Shown: positions 31,797 to 43,401, counted from the first letter of the stretch. The stretch is 64,000 nt of DNA from Nitrospira sp. (GCA_047150005.1 AP038806.1:2848001-2912000); one strand, 5' to 3'. Program-made: numbers and translations. The notes: generated from the sequence alone by a model not told the origin.

Positions 31797-33347
31797 GTGA
31801 TACGATCGGGCCGGTCCTCGCCACTCTGTGCCGTGCTCCTGCTGCTGTGCTTCGTTCATGATCGCGCTGCGGCGATTGAACCTCAGCCTACTCCCGCTCC
31901 CAGTTCGTCGCTCGATCAGGCTTTGACGCAGCTCACCAGCGACGATGAGACCGTCCGCGAGACGGCGCTCCAGACGGTGATCGAGCAGGGGGATGTCGGC
32001 CTCATCCCGCGTCTCGATGAGATTCGTGCCAACGCAGACCGTTCGGTCCGGCAGGCCATCAAGCCGGTCATGGACTTGCTGAAGAATCGCGCCAATCTCG
32101 AAAATCCCGATCAGGACGTCCGGCGGTCCGCCGCCACGGATCTCGGCCTGTCCAGGCGCGCGGTCGCGATTCCCTGGCTGGAGCGGGCCGCGGCTAAGGA
32201 AGCGCACAAATGGGTTCACTACACGATGGTGGAATCGGCCGCCCTGCTTCGGCTGGCTGCGGACGATCAGACGACGAAACTCGCGGCGATCGACAAGTTG
32301 GCCGTCTTGTCGAGTCAGAACGCCGTCCCAAGCCTCAAGGAACTGGCCGATGCGGGGCGTGCGGCGGAAGCGACCGGGCCTCAGCAAGAATTGTCGCAAG
32401 CGGCTGCCGCGGCTATCGATCGGATCGAAACCTGGGCCGCCTGGTCCAATGCCATTGAAACAATCTTTCGCGGGATCAGTCTGAGTTCCATCCTCCTCAT
32501 CATGTCCGTCGGCCTCGCCATCGTGTTCGGGGTGATGGGGGTGATCAACATGGCTCATGGGGAGTTGATGATGGTGGGGGCCTATGGGACCTTTCTGACC
32601 CAGGAATTCTTCAAGGCGTTTGTGTCGCCCGGCCTCTTTGACCATTATTTTCTGCTGGCCATGCCGGTTGCGTTTCTGCTGGCCGCGAGCTGCGGATTGC
32701 TGCTCGAAGCGACGGTGATTCGCTTTCTGTACGGCCGGCCGCTGGAGACCATGCTGGCGACGTGGGGAGTCAGCCTGATTCTCATGCAGGCGGCCCGGGT
32801 GTATTTCGGAGACCTGACGGCGGTGGTGGCGCCGGCCTGGCTCAACGGCGGCCAGCAAATGATGGTCGGCGTGTTTCTTCCCAACAACCGCTTGTTCGTG
32901 ATCGCGCTGTCGGTGATCTGTGTGATGATCATCTACGCGGTGTTGTTCCGGTCCGCTCTCGGATTGCGCGTTCGCGCCGTGACGCAGAATCGCAACATGA
33001 GCGCGTGTCTGGGTATTCCGACCAGGAAAGTCGATGCCTACACGTTCGCGTTCGGATCCGGGCTTGCGGGCATCGCCGGCTGGGCCTTGACCTTGATCGG
33101 GAATGTGGAGCCGGGTCTCGGTCAGAACTACATCGTCGACTCCTTCATGGTCGTGGTGACGGGCGGAGTGGGCAAGCTCGCCGGAACGATCGTGGCATCG
33201 CTGGGCATCGGCGGGCTCAACAAGCTGCTCGAACCAGGCCTGGGAGCCGTGTACGGCAAGGTGTGCATCCTCGTGCTGGTCATTCTGTTCTTACAATGGC
33301 GACCCTCGGGTCTGTTCGCTGTGAAAGGACGCCACGCCGACTCCTAA
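31797..33347 (+). CDS. urtB: urea ABC transporter permease with N-terminal HEAT-like periplasmic domain
   Basis: GVINMAHGELMMVGAY, LYGRPLETMLATWG, YIVDSFMVVV. Confidence 0.93.
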   Translation: MIRSGRSSPLCAVLLLLCFVHDRAAAIEPQPTPAPSSSLDQALTQLTSDDETVRETALQTVIEQGDVGLIPRLDEIRANADRSVRQAIKPVMDLLKNRANLENPDQDVRRSAATDLGLSRRAVAIPWLERAAAKEAHKWVHYTMVESAALLRLAADDQTTKLAAIDKLAVLSSQNAVPSLKELADAGRAAEATGPQQELSQAAAAAIDRIETWAAWSNAIETIFRGISLSSILLIMSVGLAIVFGVMGVINMAHGELMMVGAYGTFLTQEFFKAFVSPGLFDHYFLLAMPVAFLLAASCGLLLEATVIRFLYGRPLETMLATWGVSLILMQAARVYFGDLTAVVAPAWLNGGQQMMVGVFLPNNRLFVIALSVICVMIIYAVLFRSALGLRVRAVTQNRNMSACLGIPTRKVDAYTFAFGSGLAGIAGWALTLIGNVEPGLGQNYIVDSFMVVVTGGVGKLAGTIVASLGIGGLNKLLEPGLGAVYGKVCILVLVILFLQWRPSGLFAVKGRHADS

Positions 33348-33368
33348 CCGGCTGAACGCATCACGCCC

Positions 33369-34508
33369 ATGGCCGAAGACCGCGATATCCATCCTTCCAC
33401 GCCGCGTGAGACGAGCCTGGCTTTCTGGATCACGGGGTTTGTGTTGCTGGTGCTGATGCCGTTGCTGAACGTCCTGCCGGCCGAAGATTCCTGGCTGCAT
33501 CTGTCGGATTTTTCGCTGAATCGGTTCGGAAAGTTTCTCGCCTTTGCGATCTTGGCGCTGGGGCTCGATTTGATCTGGGGATACACCGGCATCCTGAGCC
33601 TGGGGCAGGGAGTGTTCTTCGGACTCGGCGCCTATTGCATGGGCATGCATCTCATGCTCACGATCGGCAAGGAGAGCGTCTACGGCAGCGACTTGCCCGA
33701 CTTCATGGTCTGGAATCAAGTCAAGGAACTCCCGCTGTTTTGGAAGCCGTTCTACAGTTTCCCCGTCGCGGTCATCGGAGCCGTCCTAGTCCCGACCATC
33801 GTTGCCCTCGTGTTCGGATTTCTGGCGTTCCGCAGCCGGATCAAAGGCGTGTACTTCGCCATCATTACCCAGGCGCTGGCATTGGTCGCCTGGCTCGTTT
33901 TCAATCGGAACGAGACGAATCTCGGCGGCACCAACGGCCTCACCGATTTCAAACAACTGCTTGGATTCCGTCTCTCCGAACCGGGAACGCAACGGGCGTT
34001 GTACGTGATCACGGTGCTCTGTCTCGGAGGCGCCTATTTGCTGTGCCAGTGGATCATCCGGTCGCGGGCCGGGAGAGTCCTCATCGCCGTACGTGATAGC
34101 GAGCAGCGCGTCGTCTTCTCGGGCTACGCACCGGCCAACTATAAGCTGTTCGTGTTCGTCGTGGCCGCGGCCCTGGCCGGGCTGGCTGGGCTGCTCTACG
34201 TGCCTCAGGTCGGTATCATCACGCCGGCGCAGATCGGCGTCCTGCCCTCGCTTGAGATGGTGATGTGGGTGGCGGTTGGGGGACGTGGGACGCTGGCCGG
34301 CGCCGTGCTCGGCGCGGTCAGCGTGAACTTGGGGCGTAGCGTGCTGACGAACTATTTCCCCGAGCTATGGCCGTTCATGTTGGGGGGATTGTTCGTCTCG
34401 GTGGTGCTGCTGTTTCCCAACGGACTGGTCGGTATCCTCCATCTGCTGAGGGATCGGATCGGCGCACGAAAGCCCGCTCCGCTGGCCGAAGGAGAAGCGC
34501 AGACATGA
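33369..34508 (+). CDS. urtC: urea ABC transporter permease
   Basis: LDLIWGYTGILSLG, LPDFMVW, GGTNGLTDF, WVAVGGRGTL. Confidence 0.94.
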   Translation: MAEDRDIHPSTPRETSLAFWITGFVLLVLMPLLNVLPAEDSWLHLSDFSLNRFGKFLAFAILALGLDLIWGYTGILSLGQGVFFGLGAYCMGMHLMLTIGKESVYGSDLPDFMVWNQVKELPLFWKPFYSFPVAVIGAVLVPTIVALVFGFLAFRSRIKGVYFAIITQALALVAWLVFNRNETNLGGTNGLTDFKQLLGFRLSEPGTQRALYVITVLCLGGAYLLCQWIIRSRAGRVLIAVRDSEQRVVFSGYAPANYKLFVFVVAAALAGLAGLLYVPQVGIITPAQIGVLPSLEMVMWVAVGGRGTLAGAVLGAVSVNLGRSVLTNYFPELWPFMLGGLFVSVVLLFPNGLVGILHLLRDRIGARKPAPLAEGEAQT

Positions 34509-35272
34509 GTGAACGAGGCTCGATCGTCTATCTCGAAGGGGTCACCGTCGACTATGACGGCTTCAAGGCGCTCAACAATCTGAACTTCATCGTGAACTAC
34601 AATGAACTGCGCGTCGTCATCGGACCCAACGGCGCCGGAAAGACCACCCTCCTCGACGTCATTTGCGGCAAGGTCAAGCCGGCGGCCGGCCGCGTGATCT
34701 TCGGCAAGGATACGGATCTGATCGGCAAGCGGGAGGACGACATTGTCAAACTCGGCATTGGGCGGAAGTTTCAGGCTCCGTCCATCTACACCAACCTGAC
34801 CGTATGGGAAAATCTCGACCTCTCGTTAAAGCGGTCCAGCAAGGGTGTCTTCCATACGATCATGAGCCGGTGTACCGATGAAGAACGGGCGCGAATCCAC
34901 GAGGCGCTGGCGACGATCGGTCTGGAGGGCTATGCAAAGACGCGGGCAGGCTCCTTGTCGCACGGACAGAAGCAATGGCTGGAGATCGGCATGGTCATTC
35001 TGCAGGATCCCTCGCTCCTTCTGGTGGATGAGCCGGTCGCCGGCATGACGGACAAGGAAACCGAGCAGACTGGGGTTCTCTTGCAATCTCTCGCGGCACG
35101 CCATGCCATCATCGTGATCGAGCACGACATGGAATTCGTCCGCCAGATCGCGCGGGTCGTCACCGTGTTGCACGAGGGTACGGTGATCTGCGAGGGGACG
35201 GTTGAAAAGGTCCAGGCCGACGCGCGCGTGCGGGAAATCTATCTGGGGCGGCAGAAAGTCGCCCATGTGTAA
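34505..35272 (+). CDS. urtD: urea ABC transporter ATPase
   Basis: [35 protein letters not shown]. Confidence 0.94.
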   Translation: MSERGSIVYLEGVTVDYDGFKALNNLNFIVNYNELRVVIGPNGAGKTTLLDVICGKVKPAAGRVIFGKDTDLIGKREDDIVKLGIGRKFQAPSIYTNLTVWENLDLSLKRSSKGVFHTIMSRCTDEERARIHEALATIGLEGYAKTRAGSLSHGQKQWLEIGMVILQDPSLLLVDEPVAGMTDKETEQTGVLLQSLAARHAIIVIEHDMEFVRQIARVVTVLHEGTVICEGTVEKVQADARVREIYLGRQKVAHV

Positions 35273-35385
35273 AGGTAGTGGAAAGTATCTCGTGAAGCGT
35301 CAAGCGCGAACTGAGGGAGGCAAGTCAAGACTGGGGGGGCGTAGCGGCAAGAAACGAGATGCGAGCGACGAGATGCGGTAACTTC

Positions 35386-36096
35386 ATGTTGGAACTGAAG
35401 AACATCAACGCCTACTACGGGGAGAGCCATATTCTTCGGAACGTGTCCTTCGCCGTCTCTTCCGGAGAAGTGGTCTGCCTAATGGGACGAAACGGGGTGG
35501 GCAAGACGACCACCCTCAAGGTCATCACGGGGTTGCTGGCGGTCCGGTCCGGAACGCTGAAATTCGATGGGATGGACATCACGAAGCTGCCGACCGACCG
35601 GAGGGCGCGCCGGGGGCTGGCCTACGTACCTCAAGGCCGTGAGATCATCCCCCATCTGACAGTGCGGGAAAATCTGCAACTGGGATTCTGGGCGAGGGCC
35701 GATGCGCCGGACCGTGCGGTCGAACGGGACGCGTTCGAGGAGGTGTATCAGCTCTTTCCCAAGCTCACGGATATTCTCCACCGTCCTGGCGGAGTCCTGA
35801 GCGGAGGAGAGCAGCAGCAGCTTGCAATCGGGCGGGCCCTGCTCTCGTGCCCGAAGCTCCTTCTCCTCGACGAGCCGACCGAAGGCATTCAGCCGTCCGT
35901 CGTCGATCAGATCGAAGACGTGATCATCCGATTCAAGAATTCGCGACGGTTCGCCATTCTTCTGGTGGAACAGGGGCTGCATTTTGCCGCGCGATTGGCG
36001 GAGACGTACGTGGTCATGGCCAAGGGCGCGGTCATGGCATGCGGCAAGAGCGACGAGTTGAACGCGGACATGGTCAGGCAGCATCTGACGGTGTAA
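35386..36096 (+). CDS. urtE: urea ABC transporter ATPase
   Basis: YYGESHILR, GRNGVGKTT, YVPQGREI, LDEPTEGIQPS. Confidence 0.94.
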   Translation: MLELKNINAYYGESHILRNVSFAVSSGEVVCLMGRNGVGKTTTLKVITGLLAVRSGTLKFDGMDITKLPTDRRARRGLAYVPQGREIIPHLTVRENLQLGFWARADAPDRAVERDAFEEVYQLFPKLTDILHRPGGVLSGGEQQQLAIGRALLSCPKLLLLDEPTEGIQPSVVDQIEDVIIRFKNSRRFAILLVEQGLHFAARLAETYVVMAKGAVMACGKSDELNADMVRQHLTV

Positions 36097-36233
36097 GCGG
36101 CGGGTCCTGGTATCGACGCATCCCGAAGGCGACCTTCCATCTCTGGTCTGGTTGATCTCCCCTGGCGCGAACGCTACTATTCTTCGACGAACGCCTGTCA
36201 GGAAAACTCGAATAACATCTTGAAGTAAACGTC

Positions 36234-36632
36234 ATGAGACTCTGTGCGATGGACAGCGAGGCCCGGGTCAGACTGAAGTGTTTGTGCGCGCTCCTCATGC
36301 TGCTTTCCTTGCCGGCCTGCGCGACAAGACAGTATACGCCGCTAGCTGAGACAGACCATGATCAGGTTGAGCAGCTAAGGGAGGATGTTTATCGCGTGGA
36401 ATACCGGGTCAGCGCATTCACTTCACAGGAGCAGCTCGATCGCTATCTCAAACGTCGCTGTGCGGAACTGACGCTTCGCGAAGGCTATGACTACTTTCAT
36501 CTCGGCCGACGGTTCGATGTGCTCATGCTCTCTCGTCGGACGTCCATGACGGTCACGATGTTCAAAGGCGAGCCGCCCGTGCCAGCCCCGGATTTGTACG
36601 ATGCAAGGACCGTCTTGAAGCAGGTGCCATAG
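36234..36632 (+). CDS. small uncharacterised lipoprotein
   Basis: Lipobox-like LPAC; RCAELTLREGYDYF motif; start uncertain. Confidence 0.7.
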   Translation: MRLCAMDSEARVRLKCLCALLMLLSLPACATRQYTPLAETDHDQVEQLREDVYRVEYRVSAFTSQEQLDRYLKRRCAELTLREGYDYFHLGRRFDVLMLSRRTSMTVTMFKGEPPVPAPDLYDARTVLKQVP

Positions 36633-36688
36633 CATGGCCAGGGCGCAAGACGCCCAATCGGCGGAGTCATAATGCACTGTGGCGTTGA

Positions 36689-37972
36689 ATGAGGCCGGCC
36701 CGCTTTCGAACCCTCCTCTTGTTCATCCTTCTGCACTTTCCTGCCTGGGGTGTTTCCCTCGACACCTCTGCCGCGGAAGAAGCGGAGCCGTCGTCGGTTA
36801 AGGACCGTCTGCAGAACGCCACTCTCCGGCTGAAAGGCGCTGCTGAAGATCGGATCGAGAAGCGGCCGCTCTGGCGAAAGTGGAATCTCCATATCTACGG
36901 CTATCTCGAAGGATCCTATACGCAGAATTTCAACAATCCGTCCAACCGCATCAACCAACTCCGCATCTTCGACGTGCAGTCCAATCAATTCAGACCGAAT
37001 CTGGCGCAAATCGTGCTTGGGAAAGACGCGGAAGCCGGCGAATCCTGTCGCGATCGTTTCGGGTTCAAAGTGAAGTTCAATGCCGGCCGCGACTCGGATT
37101 TCATTGGTGGAACCAATCTAAGCCAGTGGGCGGATTTTCAGGAATTCTACGTCCAGTATCTCGCGCCGGTGGGGAATGGGCTGAACATCCAGGCGGGGCA
37201 AATCAACAGTTTGATCGGCTACGAGGTGCTCGAGAGCCCGCACAATGCGAACTATTCCAGATCCTGGCTGTTCGGATTGGGGCAACCGTTCACAACACGC
37301 GGCCTGCGCGCCACCTATGACTTTAATAAGCAGATCACGTGGGCGGTGGGGGTGATCGGCTACGTCAACTCGGCGCGGGCCGATTCGCAGAGTGATCCGC
37401 TGGTGGAATCCGCGCTGAGGATCAATGCATCGGAGACGATGAAGCTGACGCTGTATAGTCTGGCCGGCAACCGGTCAGGACCGACGGGAACACCGGGAGG
37501 GTTCCAGACGTTGGCGGGCGGCTATTTCAGTTGGCAAATCAACGAGCAGACGTCGACCGTCATCGAAGCGTATTACTCCAATCAGGCAAACAGCAGCACG
37601 ATCAGTTCGGGAAAAAACGCGCGATGGAACGGCGTCGCTGCCTATGTGATACACGATTTCACCCGGCAGTGGGGCATTCGCCTGCGGGGTGAATTATATG
37701 AGGATGCGGGAGGCTACACGACTTGCGAGGGTACGACGGCCTACCAGCCGCGGGCGAACGTCTGCTTCGGTGCAACGACCACCACGCCGGCGCCTCCGAT
37801 CGGGCAGACCTTGTGGGAGGTCACGACGACGCTCCAATACAAACCATTCCGGTCGTTGACGACCAGACTGGAGTACCGGTACGACAAGTCCAACCAGAAC
37901 GTCTTCCAGGTTGGTGGCCGTGCGACCAGCTACCAACCGACTCTTTCGCTGGACGTGATCTATCTCTTCTGA
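36689..37972 (+). CDS. outer-membrane beta-barrel porin (BBP2/DUF1597-like), paralog of 54042-55433
   Basis: Signal peptide; YTQNFNNP, IGYEV, NYSRS, RLEYRYDKS, C-terminal YLF. Confidence 0.8.
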   Translation: MRPARFRTLLLFILLHFPAWGVSLDTSAAEEAEPSSVKDRLQNATLRLKGAAEDRIEKRPLWRKWNLHIYGYLEGSYTQNFNNPSNRINQLRIFDVQSNQFRPNLAQIVLGKDAEAGESCRDRFGFKVKFNAGRDSDFIGGTNLSQWADFQEFYVQYLAPVGNGLNIQAGQINSLIGYEVLESPHNANYSRSWLFGLGQPFTTRGLRATYDFNKQITWAVGVIGYVNSARADSQSDPLVESALRINASETMKLTLYSLAGNRSGPTGTPGGFQTLAGGYFSWQINEQTSTVIEAYYSNQANSSTISSGKNARWNGVAAYVIHDFTRQWGIRLRGELYEDAGGYTTCEGTTAYQPRANVCFGATTTTPAPPIGQTLWEVTTTLQYKPFRSLTTRLEYRYDKSNQNVFQVGGRATSYQPTLSLDVIYLF

Positions 37973-38048
37973 GCCGTCGGATCCGGCGCGTGATTAGCGA
38001 AACCCTGTTCCCGGCCCGAAGTCTTTGCTTCAGGCAGCAAGTGATCAA

Positions 38049-38963
38049 TCATCGCCAGGCAGATTTTGGGAGGACAGGTGCTCCCGTGACCGTTTGGCGG
38101 ACAATGGACCAAAACTCTCTGACCCTGGACTGAACCGGTTCAGATTCCCGGCCGAGAACCTTAAAGACCAACCCGGCGTCGTTGGGTAGCCGCGATGCAC
38201 CGGCGGCCCAGTGTTCGTCCCGGTTCACGACCGCGGGTACTTGACTGAAGACTACGTCCGCATGGTGTCGAGGCGTCAGCAAAAGGACGTTGGCAAACAC
38301 GTCGTACGCACCCATGACTCCCACCTGCCGTACGTTGTGCACGTGGGGTTCGATGACGAACTTTTCGGTGAACAACTCGGTGCCATCGAGTCGTTGTCCT
38401 CGGACGGTGGAAGAGAGCACGTCGTACTGAAACAGCTCTCCTTCATGGTGATGCTTGCGCCCTCCCAGCAAAATCTCCGAGTAGAGCAGCGTGGCGGTAG
38501 GGTGCACACTCATGCGCGTGAAGGTCGCGAAGCGGGCATGCGCATGGGGGATGATTGGGTCAGGGAGGTACTCCAAATAGGCGTTCTCGCCCACCACGAT
38601 GTTCTGGGTTTGGGCGGCATAGTTGGCATCCATCGAATGGATCTTGGTGGCGGCCTGCGTCGTGATGTGAGCGCGCGCGTCGGGTGCGAGGTCGATTTCA
38701 ATGTTGAATCGGTCGCCCTGCAGGATACTGCCAGTGGTCGTGATCATGAACACGCATGGCAGGTCGGGCAGAGCCTCGTCCCAATATAGGGCCTGCTGCA
38801 CGAGGAGCGGAGCGCGTCGATCAAGATGCGCCAGGACGGTGCGCTCTCCGCGACGTTCGAAACCGAGACGCAGGAACGCATTCTTGCCCACAGCGCCGCT
38901 AGGCATATGCGAGGGCTCATCCTGAAATGAAGTCAATTCAGGCAGGTGATGAAACGCAGTCAT
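38049..38963 (-). CDS. ureD: urease accessory protein UreD
   Basis: [33 protein letters not shown] overlap with ureG. Confidence 0.92.
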   Translation of the reverse strand: MTAFHHLPELTSFQDEPSHMPSGAVGKNAFLRLGFERRGERTVLAHLDRRAPLLVQQALYWDEALPDLPCVFMITTTGSILQGDRFNIEIDLAPDARAHITTQAATKIHSMDANYAAQTQNIVVGENAYLEYLPDPIIPHAHARFATFTRMSVHPTATLLYSEILLGGRKHHHEGELFQYDVLSSTVRGQRLDGTELFTEKFVIEPHVHNVRQVGVMGAYDVFANVLLLTPRHHADVVFSQVPAVVNRDEHWAAGASRLPNDAGLVFKVLGRESEPVQSRVREFWSIVRQTVTGAPVLPKSAWR

Positions 38964-39598
38964 GTGTGCATCTTGCTGAAGGTCATGTCGAACAACACAT
39001 TCTGCTGGATGAGCGCGACCAGGTCCATAATGCCTTCTCCGGTCTTGCAATTGGTGAAGACGAAAGGCTTATCCCCCCGCATCATTGTGGAGTCCTTTTC
39101 CATCACCTGCAGACTCGCGCCCACGTACGGAGCAAGGTCGGTCTTGTTGATGACCAGAATATCGGATTGGGAAATGCCTGGGCCATTCTTCCGTGGAATC
39201 TTGTCGCCTGCGGCGACATCGATCACGTAAATGAAGAAATCGACCAACGCGGGGCTGAAGGTGAGGGTGAGGTTATCGCCGCCGCTCTCGATGAGCACAA
39301 AATCGCTGTCAGGGAAACGGGATTCCATGTCTTCCACTGCCGCGAGATTCATGCTGGGGTCTTCGCGCACGGCTGTATGCGGGCAGGCTCCTGTTTCCAC
39401 TCCGATAATCCGCTCTTCGAGTAGGATGCCTTTCAAGGTGCGCTGGACGTGTTTGGCATCTTCCGTGGTGACGATGTCATTCGTAATGATGAGGACCTTC
39501 ACCCCCATTTTGACGAAGATAGGCGTCATGGCTTCGATAATAGCGGTCTTGCCGGAGCCCACCGGGCCGCCTACGCCGATTCGTGTGATTTTCTTCAT
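38960..39598 (-). CDS. ureG: urease accessory GTPase UreG
   Basis: [35 protein letters not shown]. Confidence 0.97.
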   Translation of the reverse strand: MKKITRIGVGGPVGSGKTAIIEAMTPIFVKMGVKVLIITNDIVTTEDAKHVQRTLKGILLEERIIGVETGACPHTAVREDPSMNLAAVEDMESRFPDSDFVLIESGGDNLTLTFSPALVDFFIYVIDVAAGDKIPRKNGPGISQSDILVINKTDLAPYVGASLQVMEKDSTMMRGDKPFVFTNCKTGEGIMDLVALIQQNVLFDMTFSKMHT

Positions 39599-39614
39599 GA
39601 TGCGCCGTATTCAG

Positions 39615-40391
39615 TTAGTTCATGAACATTCGTACATGCGCCTTCACGTGCGCCGCCGCCATGATGTCGAGCGAAGGCGAAAATGTTGCCATGTCGTCGA
39701 GCGTGGCCCCGGAGACGCGCGTATACGCCGCTTCCGTTGTCGTGTTCACCTCAAAAAGAATGGATTGCGCATCCAGATGATGAATCTTCATCAGCCGCAA
39801 TGACGCGCTCAAAATCATGCTTGCCGCGCCGTACTGGTGCGCGGCGAAGGCATCGTGCTCGGGTAGGCTCAGTTCGGCGAACAGAAGCCCGAGACAGACC
39901 GGATAGGTGCCGGGTGTTTCCTTGCGTTCGATGTGTCTCAACCAGTTCGTCAAGAGCGGGGTCTGGATCAAATGGATCGCCATTTCCGCGAGCTTCTTTC
40001 CCATTCGCACGCTCATGGTCCGCATCTCTTCGTTGATCTTGCGGTTGAAGAGGGCGGTATCGGCCCGTAGCGCATCGGGCAGATTGTGTGCGCAGGCCGC
40101 ACGGTGCGCCGCCAGCAAGGCGATGGCATCAGCGGAGGCCGATTGGTGGGTGGCGGTCATGACGAATTGGCGCAGGGTCTCAAGGTCGTGAACAAAGTGG
40201 AGGTGAATCGCGGATTCCAGTCCGTTTGAAAAGGAAAACGCGCCGACCGGTACGACCGAGTCCCCAAATTGCAGGACGCGCATCAGTTCGGTAATCGTGA
40301 GCCGAGGATCTCGGGACGACACGGTCGAAGATGGAGAGTTGGTCGACGCATGCTCGGACGAATCGGGGATCGTCGTGTGCTTAGTGGGCAT
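39615..40391 (-). CDS. ureF: urease accessory protein UreF
   Basis: LQFGDSVVPVGAFSFSNGLE, C-terminal H...RMFMN; start uncertain. Confidence 0.92.
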   Translation of the reverse strand: MPTKHTTIPDSSEHASTNSPSSTVSSRDPRLTITELMRVLQFGDSVVPVGAFSFSNGLESAIHLHFVHDLETLRQFVMTATHQSASADAIALLAAHRAACAHNLPDALRADTALFNRKINEEMRTMSVRMGKKLAEMAIHLIQTPLLTNWLRHIERKETPGTYPVCLGLLFAELSLPEHDAFAAHQYGAASMILSASLRLMKIHHLDAQSILFEVNTTTEAAYTRVSGATLDDMATFSPSLDIMAAAHVKAHVRMFMN

Positions 40392-41001
40392 GATCGTCTG
40401 GATGACCGTGGCCATGTGGGTGAGTATGGTCATGCGAATGATCGTGCCCCTCGACATGAGAATGAACGGGACCTTCTGCTCCTCCGAAGAGGCGACGGGA
40501 TTCATGGGGGGCGAGATAGGGAATGACCTCAGACCCGGGAACAAAGTCGTAGGTGATCCCGCGAAAGGCGTGCGTCTTCATGACAGAAGCCATGACTTGT
40601 TTATCAACAGTCAGCGGAATATAGACTCGATTGCTTTTGACGACCGCAGGCCAGTGCTGATTTCCCAAGGCATGACCCAATTCCACGCAGGTACGAATCA
40701 ATGTATCCGATGTATGCGTCTGCAGCGCGGTCAATTCGACGACCATCACTTCCTTCAAGGTCACTCGGGCGACGATCGCGGCCTGTCGCTCCTCGTCCCA
40801 TACCAGCACGTCGCCATCGCGCAGGAGGACGCCGCGTGGCAACGAGACGGCCACGTCGACACCGTTCTGACTCGGCTTCCGCAGGCGACTCTTTTGCGCT
40901 TCCCACTGGTCAAGCGCCAGCCAATCCAGCGTCGCCTGTTCCAGGCGTGCGTTCCAGACGGTTTCGTGAATGTTGCCGATGATGGCTTCGATGACAAGCA
41001 T
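40381..41001 (-). CDS. ureE: urease accessory Ni chaperone UreE with His-rich tail
   Basis: LRDGDVL, GHALGNQHWP, HSHVEGHDHSHDHTHPHGHGH. Confidence 0.93.
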   Translation of the reverse strand: MLVIEAIIGNIHETVWNARLEQATLDWLALDQWEAQKSRLRKPSQNGVDVAVSLPRGVLLRDGDVLVWDEERQAAIVARVTLKEVMVVELTALQTHTSDTLIRTCVELGHALGNQHWPAVVKSNRVYIPLTVDKQVMASVMKTHAFRGITYDFVPGSEVIPYLAPHESRRLFGGAEGPVHSHVEGHDHSHDHTHPHGHGHPDDHAH

Positions 41002-41141
41002 AGGAGCGATATTATGAAATGCTCCTATTCCGTAAAGCAACTTCGCGGGGCCGACCAGGGCAGCATAGAGCGGAGCCACGGCACCAACCGGCCGTGACTC
41101 CGCTCCCCACTGGCTTTCCTGTTCATCCCGCGCCGAGCGGC

Positions 41142-42860
41142 TCAGCTAAAAAAGTAGAGCTGGTTCAAAGCGATGGATTGAGCCGGTTTGACTGTGGCAT
41201 GGACCCCGTCCACCTTGACCGCGAACGTTTCGGGATTCACTTCGATTTTTGGCGTCAGCCCATTACGCACCATGTCTCGTTTTGTCAGCGTGCGCGTGCC
41301 ATACACCGGCATGACTTTGCGTTTCAGGTCCAGCTTGTTCGCGATACCGTTGTCATAAGCCGCGCGCGAAACAAAGCTGATGCAGGTCTCGGGCAATGCC
41401 CGGCCGAATGCGCCGAACATCGGGCGATACGTCACGGGCTGAGGCGTCGGCAGGGATGCGTTCGGATCCCCCATAATCGACCAGTTGATCAAGCCGCCTT
41501 TGATCACCATCTTGGGTTTGGCGCCGAACATGGCCGGTTCCCACAGGACGAGGTCGGCCATTCTCCCCGGAGCAATTGAGCCCACGACATGGGAAATGCC
41601 CTGGGTGATGGCCGGATTAATCGTCACCTTCGCGACGTAACGCAGGACTCGGTAGTTGTCGTTATTCGGTGAATCCTCCGGCAGCTTACCGCGGCCCTTT
41701 TTCATCGCATCCGCCGTCTGGATCGCGCGCAACCAATTCTCACCAACGCGACCCATGGCTTGTGAGTCGCTCGAAAACATGGAGATCACACCCATGTCGT
41801 GGAGGACGTTCTCGGCGGCGATCGTTTCGGGTCTGACCCGGCTCTCGGCGAACGCCACGTCCGACGGCACCTTGGGATTGAGATTGTGGCAGACCATGAT
41901 CATGTCGAACAATTCCGCCATCGTGTTGATCCCGTAGGGCAACGTCGGATTCGTGGAACTGGGCAACACGTTGAGTTCGCCCGCTACCTTGATGATGTCG
42001 GGCGCGTGACCGCCTCCGGCGCCTTCCGTGTGGTAGGTGTGAATCGTGCGGCCTTCGAATGCCGCGATGGTGTCCTCGACAAAACCGCCTTCGTTAAGCG
42101 TGTCGGTGTGGATGCAGACCTGCACGTCCATGTCGTCGGCGACCGAGAGGCTGGCTCGAATCGTTGAAGGGGTGGTCCCCCAATCTTCGTGGATCTTGAA
42201 GCCCGCGGCGCCTGCCAGCACCTGCTCCACCAACGGCGCCTTGCCCGAACAGTTGCCTTTGCCGAGAAATCCGAAGTTGATCGGCAGCCCTTCGACTGCC
42301 CGAAGCATCATTTCAATGTTCCATCGTCCGGAGGTGATGGTCGTGCCGTTCGTGCCGTCGGTCGGCCCGATGCCTCCGCCGAAGAAGGTGGTCACGCCGT
42401 TGCTCAAAGCGGCATAGACCTGCTGCGGAGAGATCATATGGATGTGTCCGTCGTTTCCGCCTGCGGTCAGAATCAAGTGCTCGGCTGTGATGGCATCCGT
42501 AGCCGGCCCGACCGTGAGTCCGGGAGTCACGCCGTCCATGGTGCCGGGATTGCCGGCCTTGCCCACGCCGACGATCTTGCCATCCTTGATGCCGACATCG
42601 GCCTTGACGATTCCCAGCAACGCATCCACCACCGTCACGTTGGTGATCACCAGGTCGAGCGCGCCGCCTTCGCTCGTGAGTTGATTGTCCATCCCCATTC
42701 CGTCGCGCAGTGTCTTGCCGCCGCCGTAGATGGCCTCATCCCCGTACACGCGCAGATCCTTCTCGATCTCGATATAAAGGTCGGTATCACCCAGGCGGAT
42801 CTTGTCTCCGACGGTCGGTCCGAACAGGCTCGCGTTCTCCTTCCGAGATATCTGTGACAT
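41142..42860 (-). CDS. ureC: urease subunit alpha
   Basis: [45 protein letters not shown]; start at MSQISRK. Confidence 0.98.
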   Translation of the reverse strand: MSQISRKENASLFGPTVGDKIRLGDTDLYIEIEKDLRVYGDEAIYGGGKTLRDGMGMDNQLTSEGGALDLVITNVTVVDALLGIVKADVGIKDGKIVGVGKAGNPGTMDGVTPGLTVGPATDAITAEHLILTAGGNDGHIHMISPQQVYAALSNGVTTFFGGGIGPTDGTNGTTITSGRWNIEMMLRAVEGLPINFGFLGKGNCSGKAPLVEQVLAGAAGFKIHEDWGTTPSTIRASLSVADDMDVQVCIHTDTLNEGGFVEDTIAAFEGRTIHTYHTEGAGGGHAPDIIKVAGELNVLPSSTNPTLPYGINTMAELFDMIMVCHNLNPKVPSDVAFAESRVRPETIAAENVLHDMGVISMFSSDSQAMGRVGENWLRAIQTADAMKKGRGKLPEDSPNNDNYRVLRYVAKVTINPAITQGISHVVGSIAPGRMADLVLWEPAMFGAKPKMVIKGGLINWSIMGDPNASLPTPQPVTYRPMFGAFGRALPETCISFVSRAAYDNGIANKLDLKRKVMPVYGTRTLTKRDMVRNGLTPKIEVNPETFAVKVDGVHATVKPAQSIALNQLYFFS

Positions 42861-42919
42861 GCCTGTATCCTCTTTCTTGGCCTTCGTGGCCAATTAGTGT
42901 GCCGTGCCGGTGTATCTCA

Positions 42920-43351
42920 TCAGGGCTTCTTGTTCTTCGATTTGAAGCCGCGTTCGTTGGCGCGTTCCAATCCTTTGTCGAGATTCGGCCTGTAGCCGGG
43001 GGTGGGACCGGCCCCGGTCCAGCCGTCTACGAGATTGTTGAATCCGTGGATCCGCTGCTTGCCTCCGAATGGGACAAGCGTCACTTCCTTCTCGTCGCCT
43101 GGTTCGAAGCGCAAGCCTGTCGAGGCTGGAATGTCCAATCGCTGCCCGAACGCGGCTTTCCGGTCAAATTCCAGGGCGCGATTGACCTCGAAGAAATGAA
43201 AATGAGAGCCCACTTGGATGGGGCGATCGCCCGTATTGCGCACCTTGATCTTGACAGTCGGTCGTCCCGCATTGATTTCAATAGGTTTATCAGAAAGAAC
43301 GTAGCCGCCGACGGGTGTCTTCACGGGCGCATTTGGTTTTTGAGTTGCCAT
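42920..43351 (-). CDS. ureB: urease subunit beta
   Basis: [25 protein letters not shown]. Confidence 0.98.
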   Translation of the reverse strand: MATQKPNAPVKTPVGGYVLSDKPIEINAGRPTVKIKVRNTGDRPIQVGSHFHFFEVNRALEFDRKAAFGQRLDIPASTGLRFEPGDEKEVTLVPFGGKQRIHGFNNLVDGWTGAGPTPGYRPNLDKGLERANERGFKSKNKKP

Positions 43352-43401
43352 TGTTTGCTCCCTCTGAGCGGGTTCGAATCCTGTTACGCAAGCCCTATCG
43401 A

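Noticed and set aside
30361..33347. Tat signal on UrtA and HEAT-like extension on UrtB
   Set aside because: Both are known in urea ABC transporters of other bacteria.
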